DNA from: Gammaproteobacteria bacterium
GTDB lineage: Bacteria > Pseudomonadota > Gammaproteobacteria > Steroidobacterales > Steroidobacteraceae
Direction: 5' to 3'
Length of the DNA: 64,000 nt
NCBI GenBank assembly: GCA_004297335.1
Contig: SCUD01000069.1
Coordinates: 39,611 to 103,610 of the forward strand
Shown here: positions 44,240 to 52,422 of the stretch, in pieces
Numbering within the stretch: the first letter of the stretch is position 1
How the letters are laid out: each line of letters starts with the position of its first letter
Position numbers and translations under genes: made by a program
Notes under the pieces: model-generated
The model's database searches: none
The model's input: only the letters and a program-made list of their open reading frames with translations
What the model was told of the DNA's origin: nothing

Positions 44240-45043
44240 TCAGCGGGTAGCCGCCGGGACCGCGGGTCCCAGGGCATCGAGGATCTGCCCCCGGGCGCGC
44301 AGTAGGGCCGCTCCGAGTTCCTGTCGGTGCCGTTTGAAGCGCGTCACCGGGACGGGGATCGACAGCGCCATCGGCCGACCGACCGGGTCCGAGAAGGCGG
44401 CGCCCACGGCACAGATGCCTTCCGTGTGTTCCTCGAGATCAAAGGCGAGGCCCGTTCGCCGGCAGCTCTCGATCTCGCTCCAGACCCCGGCACGCCCCCC
44501 GGCGGCTGGCGGCCGCACGCCGCTCTGGCGCAGCAGCCGTTCGATCCGCTCGTCGTCGAGCAGGCTGAGCAGGGCCTTGCCATTCGCCGTGCAATTCAGT
44601 GGGAAGGCTTCGCCGATCGCCGAGACGGCCCGCAGGCGATGAGCCCCCTGGACCTGGTCCACGAACACCGCGGCACTGCCCTTGAGCACCGAAAGATCGA
44701 CGGTCTCTCCGGTATCCCGGGCGAGCCCCGCCATGATCGGCCGTGTGATCTGCTCGATGTCCAGGCTGGCCGAGGTCGCGAGCCGCACCAGCGCCGGACC
44801 GAGGCGGACACCGGCCGAAGGCGTCGCTGCGATCAGCAGCTGCTCCGCGCTCAGTGAATCGACGATCCGCTGGACCGTCGAGCGCGCCAGCCCGACGCGC
44901 TGGGCAATCTGGCCCAGGCTGAGCCCGGTGCGCTCGCCTTCCAGCGCGCGCAGGATGCTCGCGGCCCGCGCGATGACCTGGATGCTCTGTCTCTGCGGAT
45001 GACCCCGCGGCGTCGGGGGCTCGCGCCCCGGTGGTTTCTTCAC
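44240..45043 (-). CDS. IclR family transcriptional regulator
   Basis: N-terminal winged helix (IARAASILRALEGERTGLSLGQIAQRVGLARSTVQRIVDSL) plus a C-terminal IclR effector domain. The GTG at 45043 lies just downstream of the cyclase stop, so the start is uncertain. Confidence 0.75.
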   Translation of the reverse strand: MKKPPGREPPTPRGHPQRQSIQVIARAASILRALEGERTGLSLGQIAQRVGLARSTVQRIVDSLSAEQLLIAATPSAGVRLGPALVRLATSASLDIEQITRPIMAGLARDTGETVDLSVLKGSAAVFVDQVQGAHRLRAVSAIGEAFPLNCTANGKALLSLLDDERIERLLRQSGVRPPAAGGRAGVWSEIESCRRTGLAFDLEEHTEGICAVGAAFSDPVGRPMALSIPVPVTRFKRHRQELGAALLRARGQILDALGPAVPAATR

Positions 45044-45060
45044 GCTGCTACCGCGGTCCT

Positions 45061-45900
45061 TCAGCCCTTGCCAGTTTCGATCCGATAGCGACCCGTGGGA
45101 TCCACGATCGCAACCAGACGGATGATACACCCGTCGCCGCGGGTCCAGCGCCACGGGAACGCGGCGAAGGTCACTCGCTTGCCGGTGACCTGGTCGAGTT
45201 CACCGCCAATGTTCTCGATTCCGCAGATGCCGGCCGACAGGATCGCGCGGTGGCAGGGTTCCCACTCCGGAAAGTCCTGCAGGACGTCGCGCCCGGTCTC
45301 GCGCTTGTACTCGAGGCAGACCTGCGGCAGCAGGCCATTCGGCCAACCGGGACCATGCGGACCGATCGCGGTGCCGAGCGGGTGATCGAGCGCCTGGGTG
45401 TCGGTACCGACCATCTTGACTTTCTTCGCGGCGAACCATTCCCCCGCTTCCTTGTAGAAACCGGGTGAGTAACCGTAGTAGAGCTGGTTGTCGCCGTAGT
45501 GGTGGTGCCAGCCGGTATTGACGATCACGATGTCGCCAGGCTGGATCTTCGGCGTGGCCTTCTCGAGGTCATCCGCCGTGATGACACCCCAGCGCTGCTT
45601 GGGAATCGAGACCACGACACCGGTACCGAAGAAGTGCGGCAGCGGCACCTCGTCCATGAATGGAGTACCCTCGACGACGTGCCCCGGCGCGTCGATATGG
45701 GTGCCGGAGTGCATCACGGTGGTGATGCGCTGGGTCAGCACGCCGGACCTGGCCATCGTGTGCAGGCGCTCGATCTTGACGTCTTCGAAATAAGGCCAGC
45801 ACGGCTGGCCGAGCCCCCAGGGGTGGCTCAGGTCGTAGAACTCCAGGCCCATGGAGTTCTTCAGGTTGTCCTCGAACGGGATGCCGCGAATGATGGGCAT
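45061..45900 (-). CDS. cyclase family protein (kynurenine-formamidase-like fold)
   Basis: HSGTHIDAPGH metal motif and later GTDTQALDHP. The ATG at 45900 has a GAGGA RBS. The ATG at 45972 has none. Confidence 0.75.
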   Translation of the reverse strand: MPIIRGIPFEDNLKNSMGLEFYDLSHPWGLGQPCWPYFEDVKIERLHTMARSGVLTQRITTVMHSGTHIDAPGHVVEGTPFMDEVPLPHFFGTGVVVSIPKQRWGVITADDLEKATPKIQPGDIVIVNTGWHHHYGDNQLYYGYSPGFYKEAGEWFAAKKVKMVGTDTQALDHPLGTAIGPHGPGWPNGLLPQVCLEYKRETGRDVLQDFPEWEPCHRAILSAGICGIENIGGELDQVTGKRVTFAAFPWRWTRGDGCIIRLVAIVDPTGRYRIETGKG

Positions 45901-45926
45901 GACTGCTGTCCTCGGGATGGCGGTTG

Positions 45927-45946
45927 GTATAATGGGACCATAATAC
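45927..45946. promoter_or_regulatory. imperfect inverted repeat GTATAATGG-GA-CCATAATAC (contains TATAAT), candidate operator / -10 element
   Basis: 9-bp arms with one mismatch. It lies in the divergent region between the cyclase-IclR unit and the SDR-MFS unit. Confidence 0.25.
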
Positions 45947-46012
45947 GGTACAACTGAACTGTAAAGCGCCATATGATCAGGCCGGCCTGGTCACGCGGCC
46001 GGAGAACGCAGA

Positions 46013-46804
46013 ATGAGCGAAGCGCCGCTCGGCAGGCTTTCGGATCGCCTGGCCGGCAAGGTTGCGATCGTCACCGGCAGCGGCCATGGAATCGGCCAGG
46101 GCTGCGCGCTGATGTTCGCGCGCCATGGCGCCCGCGTGATGGGCTGCGACCTCGACGGCCCGGCCGCGGCGCTGACCGCCGAACGGGCACTGGCCGCCGG
46201 CCTCGAGTGCGCGAGTGTCGCGCCCTGCGACCTGACCCGGCCGGACGAGGTCGCGCGGCTGGTCGCGGCGACGGTGGCCCGCTTCGGGTGCATCGACATT
46301 CTGGTGAACGCTGCGGCCTGGGCCGCCTTCGCACCGATCGAGTCGATGGACTACGAACGCGAATGGCAGCCCACCCTGCGTGCCGAGCTCGATACCGTGT
46401 TCCTGCTGTGCCAGGCGGCCTGGCCACAGCTGAAGGCCAGCGGCCGCGCCTCGATCGTCAACTTTGCCTCGGCCAATGCCCATGGCGTGATGCAGGGTTC
46501 CGCCGCGATCGCGCACTGCGCCGGCAAGGGCGGCATCCTGGCGATGACCCGCCAGCTGGCGATGGAAGGCGCCCCGTTCGGCATCCGTGCGAACACGATC
46601 TCCCCCGGCCTGGTCGTGACCGCGGCAACCCGGCCGGTACTCGCCGATCCGGTATTCCACGCGCGGGCGCTGGCCAAGCACATGGTCAACCGGCTCGGCA
46701 CTCCCGAGGACATCGCCTGGTGCGCGACCTATCTCGCAGCGGACGAGTCCGCCTGGGTCACCGCCGCGGATTTTCCGATCGACGGCGGCACGACGAAGTG
46801 GTGA
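46013..46804 (+). CDS. short-chain dehydrogenase/reductase (SDR)
   Basis: TGSGHGIG cofactor loop, an NAAA variant and YxxxK-like HCAGK context. GGAGA RBS. Confidence 0.8.
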   Translation: MSEAPLGRLSDRLAGKVAIVTGSGHGIGQGCALMFARHGARVMGCDLDGPAAALTAERALAAGLECASVAPCDLTRPDEVARLVAATVARFGCIDILVNAAAWAAFAPIESMDYEREWQPTLRAELDTVFLLCQAAWPQLKASGRASIVNFASANAHGVMQGSAAIAHCAGKGGILAMTRQLAMEGAPFGIRANTISPGLVVTAATRPVLADPVFHARALAKHMVNRLGTPEDIAWCATYLAADESAWVTAADFPIDGGTTKW

Positions 46805-46805
46805 A

Positions 46806-48014
46806 GTGAACACGCGTACCCGGATACTGCCGCGCCTGCCCGGCTGGCTGTGGCTGGTCGCCGCGATGACTGCCATCGGTCCGGTATCCATCGACATGTA
46901 CCTGCCCGGCTTCCCGCTGATCGAGCAGGAGTTCGGCACCGGCGGCGTCGAGCGGACGATGGCGGTCTACCTGTTCGGAATCGCGATCAGTCCGCTGATC
47001 TACGGCCCGCTGAGCGACCGTTTCGGGCGCAAGCCCCCGCTGTATTTCAGCTTCACCCTGTACACGGCCGGTTCAGTCGGCTGCATGCTCGCCGGCAGCA
47101 TGGAGCAGCTGCTGCTGATGCGCATCGTGCAGGCACTGGGCGCCGGTGCGGGCTTTGCGATCGGTCGCGCCATCGTGCGCGACCGCTGCGAGCCGCACGA
47201 GACGGCGCGCGTGTTCTCACTGCTGATGCTGATCTTCAGCCTCGGCCCGATCCTGGCGCCGGGTGTCGGCGGCCTCATCATCGGCTGGTGGGGCTGGCGC
47301 TCGGCGTTCGTGTTCCAGGTGGTGATGGGACTGTCCGTGCTGCTGCTGATGCATCGGGCGCTCGACGAGTCGCGCAACCCGGCGCACGTCGTGCAGCTCA
47401 GCATCCGGGGCGTGGCTGGCAGCTACTGGCGGCTGCTCGGCGACCGCAGCTTCGTCGGCTACGCGCTGATCGGCGGCTTCGGCATGGGCACGACCTTTTC
47501 CTATGTCACCGGAGCCTCCAACGTCATCAGCTCGAGCTACGGACTTTCGCCGCAGAGCCTCGGCCTGCTGCTGGGCCTGAACGGTTTCGCGTTCATGCTC
47601 GCGAGCCGCCTGAACACGCTGGCCCTGCGGCGGATGGGCCCCGCTGAAATCCTGGATCGGGCCTCGATCGGGCCGGTGCTCTGCGCCGCCCTGCTGGTCG
47701 CCGCGACGGCGTTCGTGCAGCCGCCGCTCTGGGCCTTCGTCGCACTGCAGCTGGCGCTGTTCGTTGCGGTCGGGCGGGTCAATCCGAATTCCGGTGCCCT
47801 CGCGCTCGCGCATCACGGCCGCGAGGCCGGCACGGCCTCCGCCCTGCTCGGCTCCATCCAGTCGATGATGGGTACCCTCGCCGGTCTCAATGTCGCGACT
47901 TTCACGAATGGCACGGTCGGCCGGCTCGCCGTGCTGATGGCGATCCCGGCCTCGCTCAGCTGGCTGAGCTACCGGTGGGTCCGGAGTCGAGTCAGTCGAG
48001 ACGGCGGCGAATGA
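46806..48014 (+). CDS. MFS transporter, Bcr/CflA (DHA1) drug-resistance-type
   Basis: IGPVSIDMYLPGFPLIEQEF and GPLSDRFGRKPPL are typical of the Bcr/CflA subfamily. GTG start 2 nt after the SDR stop. Confidence 0.8.
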   Translation: MNTRTRILPRLPGWLWLVAAMTAIGPVSIDMYLPGFPLIEQEFGTGGVERTMAVYLFGIAISPLIYGPLSDRFGRKPPLYFSFTLYTAGSVGCMLAGSMEQLLLMRIVQALGAGAGFAIGRAIVRDRCEPHETARVFSLLMLIFSLGPILAPGVGGLIIGWWGWRSAFVFQVVMGLSVLLLMHRALDESRNPAHVVQLSIRGVAGSYWRLLGDRSFVGYALIGGFGMGTTFSYVTGASNVISSSYGLSPQSLGLLLGLNGFAFMLASRLNTLALRRMGPAEILDRASIGPVLCAALLVAATAFVQPPLWAFVALQLALFVAVGRVNPNSGALALAHHGREAGTASALLGSIQSMMGTLAGLNVATFTNGTVGRLAVLMAIPASLSWLSYRWVRSRVSRDGGE

Positions 48015-48900
48015 CGGTCCAGCGCGGATCCGTGCACAGGGTGCAGGCAGGGCCGGCGAAGTAACTTGCGGCGGCGGGACTCCCGCCCAGCTGCCAGTCG
48101 AGCCAGTGCACGGCGACCGCAGCCCATTCGCCACCGTGGGCCTCCGACCAGAAAGTACCGCTGTGGCCCACGGGCAGCGCACCGAGGAATGCGGGCACGC
48201 GGTCGATGCGCTGCAGGTCGTCGAGCGCATTCGGGTGGGCCATATCGTCGGGACCGCCGGTGAAGTAAGCGATCGGCCCGTGCAGCCTCGCCAGTATTTC
48301 CTTGTCGATCCGGACCCCGCTGCGACCACGGCCACGCACATAGACACCGCTGTTGAACAGGACCGTCGTCGTAATGCGCGGATCCGGTGAAACCGCGAGC
48401 GCCTGCAGCCCGCCGCAGCTGTGTCCCATGACAGCCACGCGAGCGAGGTCCAGTCGACGGTACAGCGACCCACCCGCAGCTGCATTCTCCCGCACGGCCC
48501 AGTCGAGACCCTCGATCACCTGTTCGGGACTGGTCTCATCGGGCTCCAGCCGCTCTGTTGGCGCAGCCACGCCCCGACGTTCACTTCGCGGCCGGCCCAG
48601 CGCGATGACGAAGTATCCATGCGAGGCGATCTCGCGCAGGAATGCGGAATAGCCGAGACCATTGTCCCGACAAGCGCCGTTGCCCCAGAGAACGACCGGC
48701 AGCACCCGATCCGGCAGCTGCAACGGACGGTAGATCGTGTGCCCGGGCAGTTCCTTCCGGTACTCGGCGATCGCCGGCCAGGATCCCGTCCCGGCGGGTT
48801 CACCGACGACGCCCCACGGCGGTACCGGAAGATCGGCCGACGCCACGGCGACCACGAACATTCCGACAGCCAGGCCGCAGCCCCGCAGCCAGCGCTTCAC
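47992..48900 (-). CDS. secreted alpha/beta hydrolase (dienelactone-hydrolase / chlorophyllase-like)
   Basis: Signal-like N-terminus from the GTG at 48900 (VKRWLRGCGLAVGMFVVAVASA) and nucleophile elbow GHSCGG. GTGA overlap with the upstream stop. Confidence 0.65.
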   Translation of the reverse strand: MKRWLRGCGLAVGMFVVAVASADLPVPPWGVVGEPAGTGSWPAIAEYRKELPGHTIYRPLQLPDRVLPVVLWGNGACRDNGLGYSAFLREIASHGYFVIALGRPRSERRGVAAPTERLEPDETSPEQVIEGLDWAVRENAAAGGSLYRRLDLARVAVMGHSCGGLQALAVSPDPRITTTVLFNSGVYVRGRGRSGVRIDKEILARLHGPIAYFTGGPDDMAHPNALDDLQRIDRVPAFLGALPVGHSGTFWSEAHGGEWAAVAVHWLDWQLGGSPAAASYFAGPACTLCTDPRWTVIRRRLD

Positions 48901-50108
48901 GGCTCGCGGCTCGCGGCGGCAAGGACAGCCACGGCTTCCTCCGACGTGTATCCCAGCCATTGCATGATCTCCACGGAGTGCTCGCCGAGCCGTGGCGGCG
49001 CCTCGGCAACCCCCGGCGCCTCGCTCTCCATCTGGAATCCCGCATTGACGATCTCGACCGATTCCCGCTGCGGCAGCCCCGGAATCCTGAGCGGCAGCCG
49101 CAGGCCGCGTTCGCCGAGATGTGGCAGGGAAGCGGCCTCGCCTACCTCGCGGACCATGCCGCAGGGAATGCCGGCAAGACTCATCTCCACCTCCCACTGC
49201 GCGGCGTCCCGCCGGTGCATCTCCCGCTGGACTTCGTCGCGCATCGCCGCCGCATGCAGGCAGCGGGACTCCGGATCCGCGAACCGCGGGTCAGCGAGCC
49301 AGTCCTCACGACCCACAAACCGCGCCAGATCCTCGAACTGATGCTGTTGTACGACACCAAGCGAAACCACCCGCCCGTCCCGCGCCTCGAACAGCGCCGA
49401 AGTCGGCTGGCCGCTGTAGCCCGTGTTGCCCATGCGTGCCAGCGCCTTGCCGGTGACGAGCCACGGCACTACCGCAGAGGTCATGAACGACAGGGTTGCA
49501 TCGAACATCGCAACGTCGATGGTATCCCCGGCACCGGTGCGGCCGCGCCGGACCAGGGCGGTGGCAATCGCGAATGCCGCGGTCTGTCCGGTCAGGGTGT
49601 CCACCACCGGAAACCCGACCCGCATCGGCGGATCGCCGGGATCGCCGCCCAGCGACATCATGCCGCTGGTCGCCTGGACGATATTGTCGATCGCCGGCCA
49701 GTCGCGCAGCGGCCCGGTCTGGCCGTAGCCTGACACCGAGCAATAGATCAGGTCCGGCTTCCAGCGGTGGACCGCCTCCGCACCCAGCCCGAGCCTGGCC
49801 ATCACCCCGGGACGGAAGTTCTCCAGCAGTACATCCGAGCGCTCGATGATCCGCCGGGCGACCTCGTGCTGGCGCGGATCCTTCAGGTCCAGTGCGATCG
49901 ATTTCTTGCCGGCATTGACCGCGATGAACGCCGGCGCCATGCCGTCGTAGCGGCGGTCATTGCCGTAGTAGCGCATCGCGTCGCCGCGGCCCGGCGCCTC
50001 GATCTTGATCACCTCGGCACCCATCAGGCGCAGCAGATGCGACGCAAACGGGCCGGCCATGACATGGCTGAAATCAGCGACCCGGATCCCTTCCAGTGGC
50101 CTCGTCAT
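48897..50108 (-). CDS. family III CoA-transferase (CaiB/BaiF)
   Basis: LEGIRVADFSHVMAGPFASHLLRLMGAEVIKIE is the canonical N-terminus. ATGA overlap with the dctP stop. Confidence 0.85.
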   Translation of the reverse strand: MTRPLEGIRVADFSHVMAGPFASHLLRLMGAEVIKIEAPGRGDAMRYYGNDRRYDGMAPAFIAVNAGKKSIALDLKDPRQHEVARRIIERSDVLLENFRPGVMARLGLGAEAVHRWKPDLIYCSVSGYGQTGPLRDWPAIDNIVQATSGMMSLGGDPGDPPMRVGFPVVDTLTGQTAAFAIATALVRRGRTGAGDTIDVAMFDATLSFMTSAVVPWLVTGKALARMGNTGYSGQPTSALFEARDGRVVSLGVVQQHQFEDLARFVGREDWLADPRFADPESRCLHAAAMRDEVQREMHRRDAAQWEVEMSLAGIPCGMVREVGEAASLPHLGERGLRLPLRIPGLPQRESVEIVNAGFQMESEAPGVAEAPPRLGEHSVEIMQWLGYTSEEAVAVLAAASREP

Positions 50109-51139
50109 CCCTGCTCCTCCCGGCACTCGATGCTGCCATCCCCGCGCACGCTCGCGCGCGCCAGACGGAACACCCGCATGCCATCGATACCGTAGCGTTC
50201 GAGCGCCGCGGCATTGCGTTCCGCGTCGCGCAGGTAAAGCTCATCGAACCGTTCCTGCTCACTGGCCGCGATCGGGATCCGCCGGACTCCCGCCGCGCGC
50301 GCCGCCGCGAAGCCGGTGATGACCGCGGCCCGTGTTTCCTCCGCCAGCGCGCGCTCCCATACCGGAACGGCCGCTGTCAGCAGTTCCCGGTGCTCCGGCC
50401 GCAGGCGTTGCCAGCTCGCCTCCCCCATGGCCCGCGCCGGATAGGCGCCCCGCGGGACGACGAGCTCCGTGTACCAGCGCGTCACCTCGGCGAAATGAAG
50501 CGCACGAAAGGTATCGGCGGGCGCAATCACCCCGTCCAGCACACCCTTGGCCAGCGCTGAATAGACTTCCCCCATCGGCAGGTTCACCGGATCGGCACCG
50601 AGTTCGCGCAGTAAACGCAGCAGTTCCGTCGGGGCCCGGATCCGCAGCCCGCGCAGATCGGACAGGCGCTCGACCGGCCGCTCGCGGGTGATCAGGCCGG
50701 GCAGGCTGCCCCCCTGCACCGCCAGGATCCGCAGCCCGGCAAGTTCCGCGGTGATCTGCGGGCTCGACCGTTCGAGGCAGCGATACATCGCGACCTGGTC
50801 CCCAACGCTCTGCACACCGGTGTAGAACCCGGACTGCGTCCGGATCAAGTGGGCGCCACCTTTTGAGTAGATCGGTGTGATCAGCCCGATATCGGCTACG
50901 CCGTGGCGCAGCTCGATCATCGACTGGTCAGCGGCCAGCAACGCTCCCGACCAGATCGTGCGGATCCGCAGGCTGCCGCCGGATTGCCGCTCCACATGCT
51001 CGATCCAGGTCTGGTCCGCGCGGCTGAAGGGATGCGAGGGAGAATATGGCGTGGCATAGACCAGCTCCGTCACTCCATCCGGCACCGGAGCGGTACAGCC
51101 GGCCAGTGCGCACAGCAGCAGGGGTGCCAGCCGCCTCAT
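50105..51139 (-). CDS. dctP: TRAP transporter substrate-binding protein (DctP family), lipoprotein
   Basis: The start MRRLAPLLLCALAGC carries a lipobox (LAGC). The DctP-like body includes GLRIRAP and GVLDG contexts. Only the last 344 codons of the 786-aa ORF are used. ATGA overlap with the upstream stop. Confidence 0.75.
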   Translation of the reverse strand: MRRLAPLLLCALAGCTAPVPDGVTELVYATPYSPSHPFSRADQTWIEHVERQSGGSLRIRTIWSGALLAADQSMIELRHGVADIGLITPIYSKGGAHLIRTQSGFYTGVQSVGDQVAMYRCLERSSPQITAELAGLRILAVQGGSLPGLITRERPVERLSDLRGLRIRAPTELLRLLRELGADPVNLPMGEVYSALAKGVLDGVIAPADTFRALHFAEVTRWYTELVVPRGAYPARAMGEASWQRLRPEHRELLTAAVPVWERALAEETRAAVITGFAAARAAGVRRIPIAASEQERFDELYLRDAERNAAALERYGIDGMRVFRLARASVRGDGSIECREEQG

Positions 51140-52422
51140 GCCAGTCCCGCACCGCGCAGGAAGTCCGCTACGCTGGCCACCATCGCGTCGTGATTCCAGT
51201 TCTGCGCATCGACCATGTCGGCGTCGAGCGCCAGCACCGGCACGCCGGCGGTCTCGAGCGCCAGCCGGGTCAGTTTCGTGCCCGACTGCGACAGCCGGTT
51301 GTCGGGTGGCACCAGGATCACGGCCGCGTCGATGCCACAGCGCCGCGCCTCGCTGACCATCCATCCGTTCATCCATGGCGGCAGGTGCAGCACCTCGTTC
51401 ATGGAACAGATACGGCTCGCCAGCGCGTCCATCGGCCGGCCACGAATCGCACGGATGTACTGCGGGCCGGCGAATGGCAGGTACATCGACCAGACGAACA
51501 CCGCGCCGAGCCGTTCCTCGAGTGCCTGGTAGAACCCCGGATCGTGCCAGACGCCTGCGCCGATCCACATCAGGCGCAGCCGCTCGTTCGCGGCAGCACC
51601 GACGCCGGCTGCCACGCGGGCGGCGACCTCGTCCCGGAACCGCCGCGCATGGGCTACGGCCCATTCCGAACCGCGATGCCATTGCGGGATCATCGTATTC
51701 GGCATCTGATCGGCGATCGAGACCGGGCATGGCCGGGCTTCGCCGATCATCCGGGAGATCTCGGCGATGTAGCCTTCCTGTTCGTTGATGCGCTCCATCA
51801 GCAGCTGCAACCGCGCCGGGTCGAAGCGCCGGCCGGTCCGCCGCTCCAGCAGCGTGATCAGCTCGCGCATCTCCGCCACCAGCAGCGCGATGCGTTCCGG
51901 CTCGTAAACCTCCTCCCAGTGCTCGTTCGAACGCAGGAACCACTCGGGATCGCGCCGGGTCCAGGCCGGTGCCTCGAGCGGAAAGAACTCCGTGCCAAGC
52001 GCGCTCGCCCACTGGCCAAAGACATGCTGGATGCAGTCGCAGGTCAGCCGCGCGACCAGCAGCGTCGGTGTCGGCAGCCCACCCCATGGTGCAGTCCGCG
52101 GATCGTTCGCGAGCGTACAGGCGAGCCCAAGCGAACAGTACTTGCAGCCGTTCTCCGGGTAGCCGGCATCGGTCATCGCGTCGACGTAGGGTCCTGACAG
52201 CTGCTTGGCGGAGATGTACGCCGACCACCACTGGTTGGTGACCAGCGGAATGTCCATCGCATGGAAGATCTCGTGTGGCGTGTCGGCCTGGGCCACGACG
52301 AACGGTTCGCCCTGCACCACGACGCGCCGCTGCAGATCGGCGGCGAAGGCTTTCTGCCAGGCCGTGGCAGCCGCCGTACAGGCCAGGTCCTTGCGGCTGC
52401 GCTGTCCCTGTGGCTGGTTCAT
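51136..52422 (-). CDS. 2-hydroxyacyl-CoA dehydratase / BcrB-BcrC family subunit
   Basis: 428 aa with family blocks (PHEIFHAMDIPLV, YPENGCKYCSLGLAC, LLVARLTCDCIQHVFGQW). Confidence 0.7.
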   Translation of the reverse strand: MNQPQGQRSRKDLACTAAATAWQKAFAADLQRRVVVQGEPFVVAQADTPHEIFHAMDIPLVTNQWWSAYISAKQLSGPYVDAMTDAGYPENGCKYCSLGLACTLANDPRTAPWGGLPTPTLLVARLTCDCIQHVFGQWASALGTEFFPLEAPAWTRRDPEWFLRSNEHWEEVYEPERIALLVAEMRELITLLERRTGRRFDPARLQLLMERINEQEGYIAEISRMIGEARPCPVSIADQMPNTMIPQWHRGSEWAVAHARRFRDEVAARVAAGVGAAANERLRLMWIGAGVWHDPGFYQALEERLGAVFVWSMYLPFAGPQYIRAIRGRPMDALASRICSMNEVLHLPPWMNGWMVSEARRCGIDAAVILVPPDNRLSQSGTKLTRLALETAGVPVLALDADMVDAQNWNHDAMVASVADFLRGAGLA

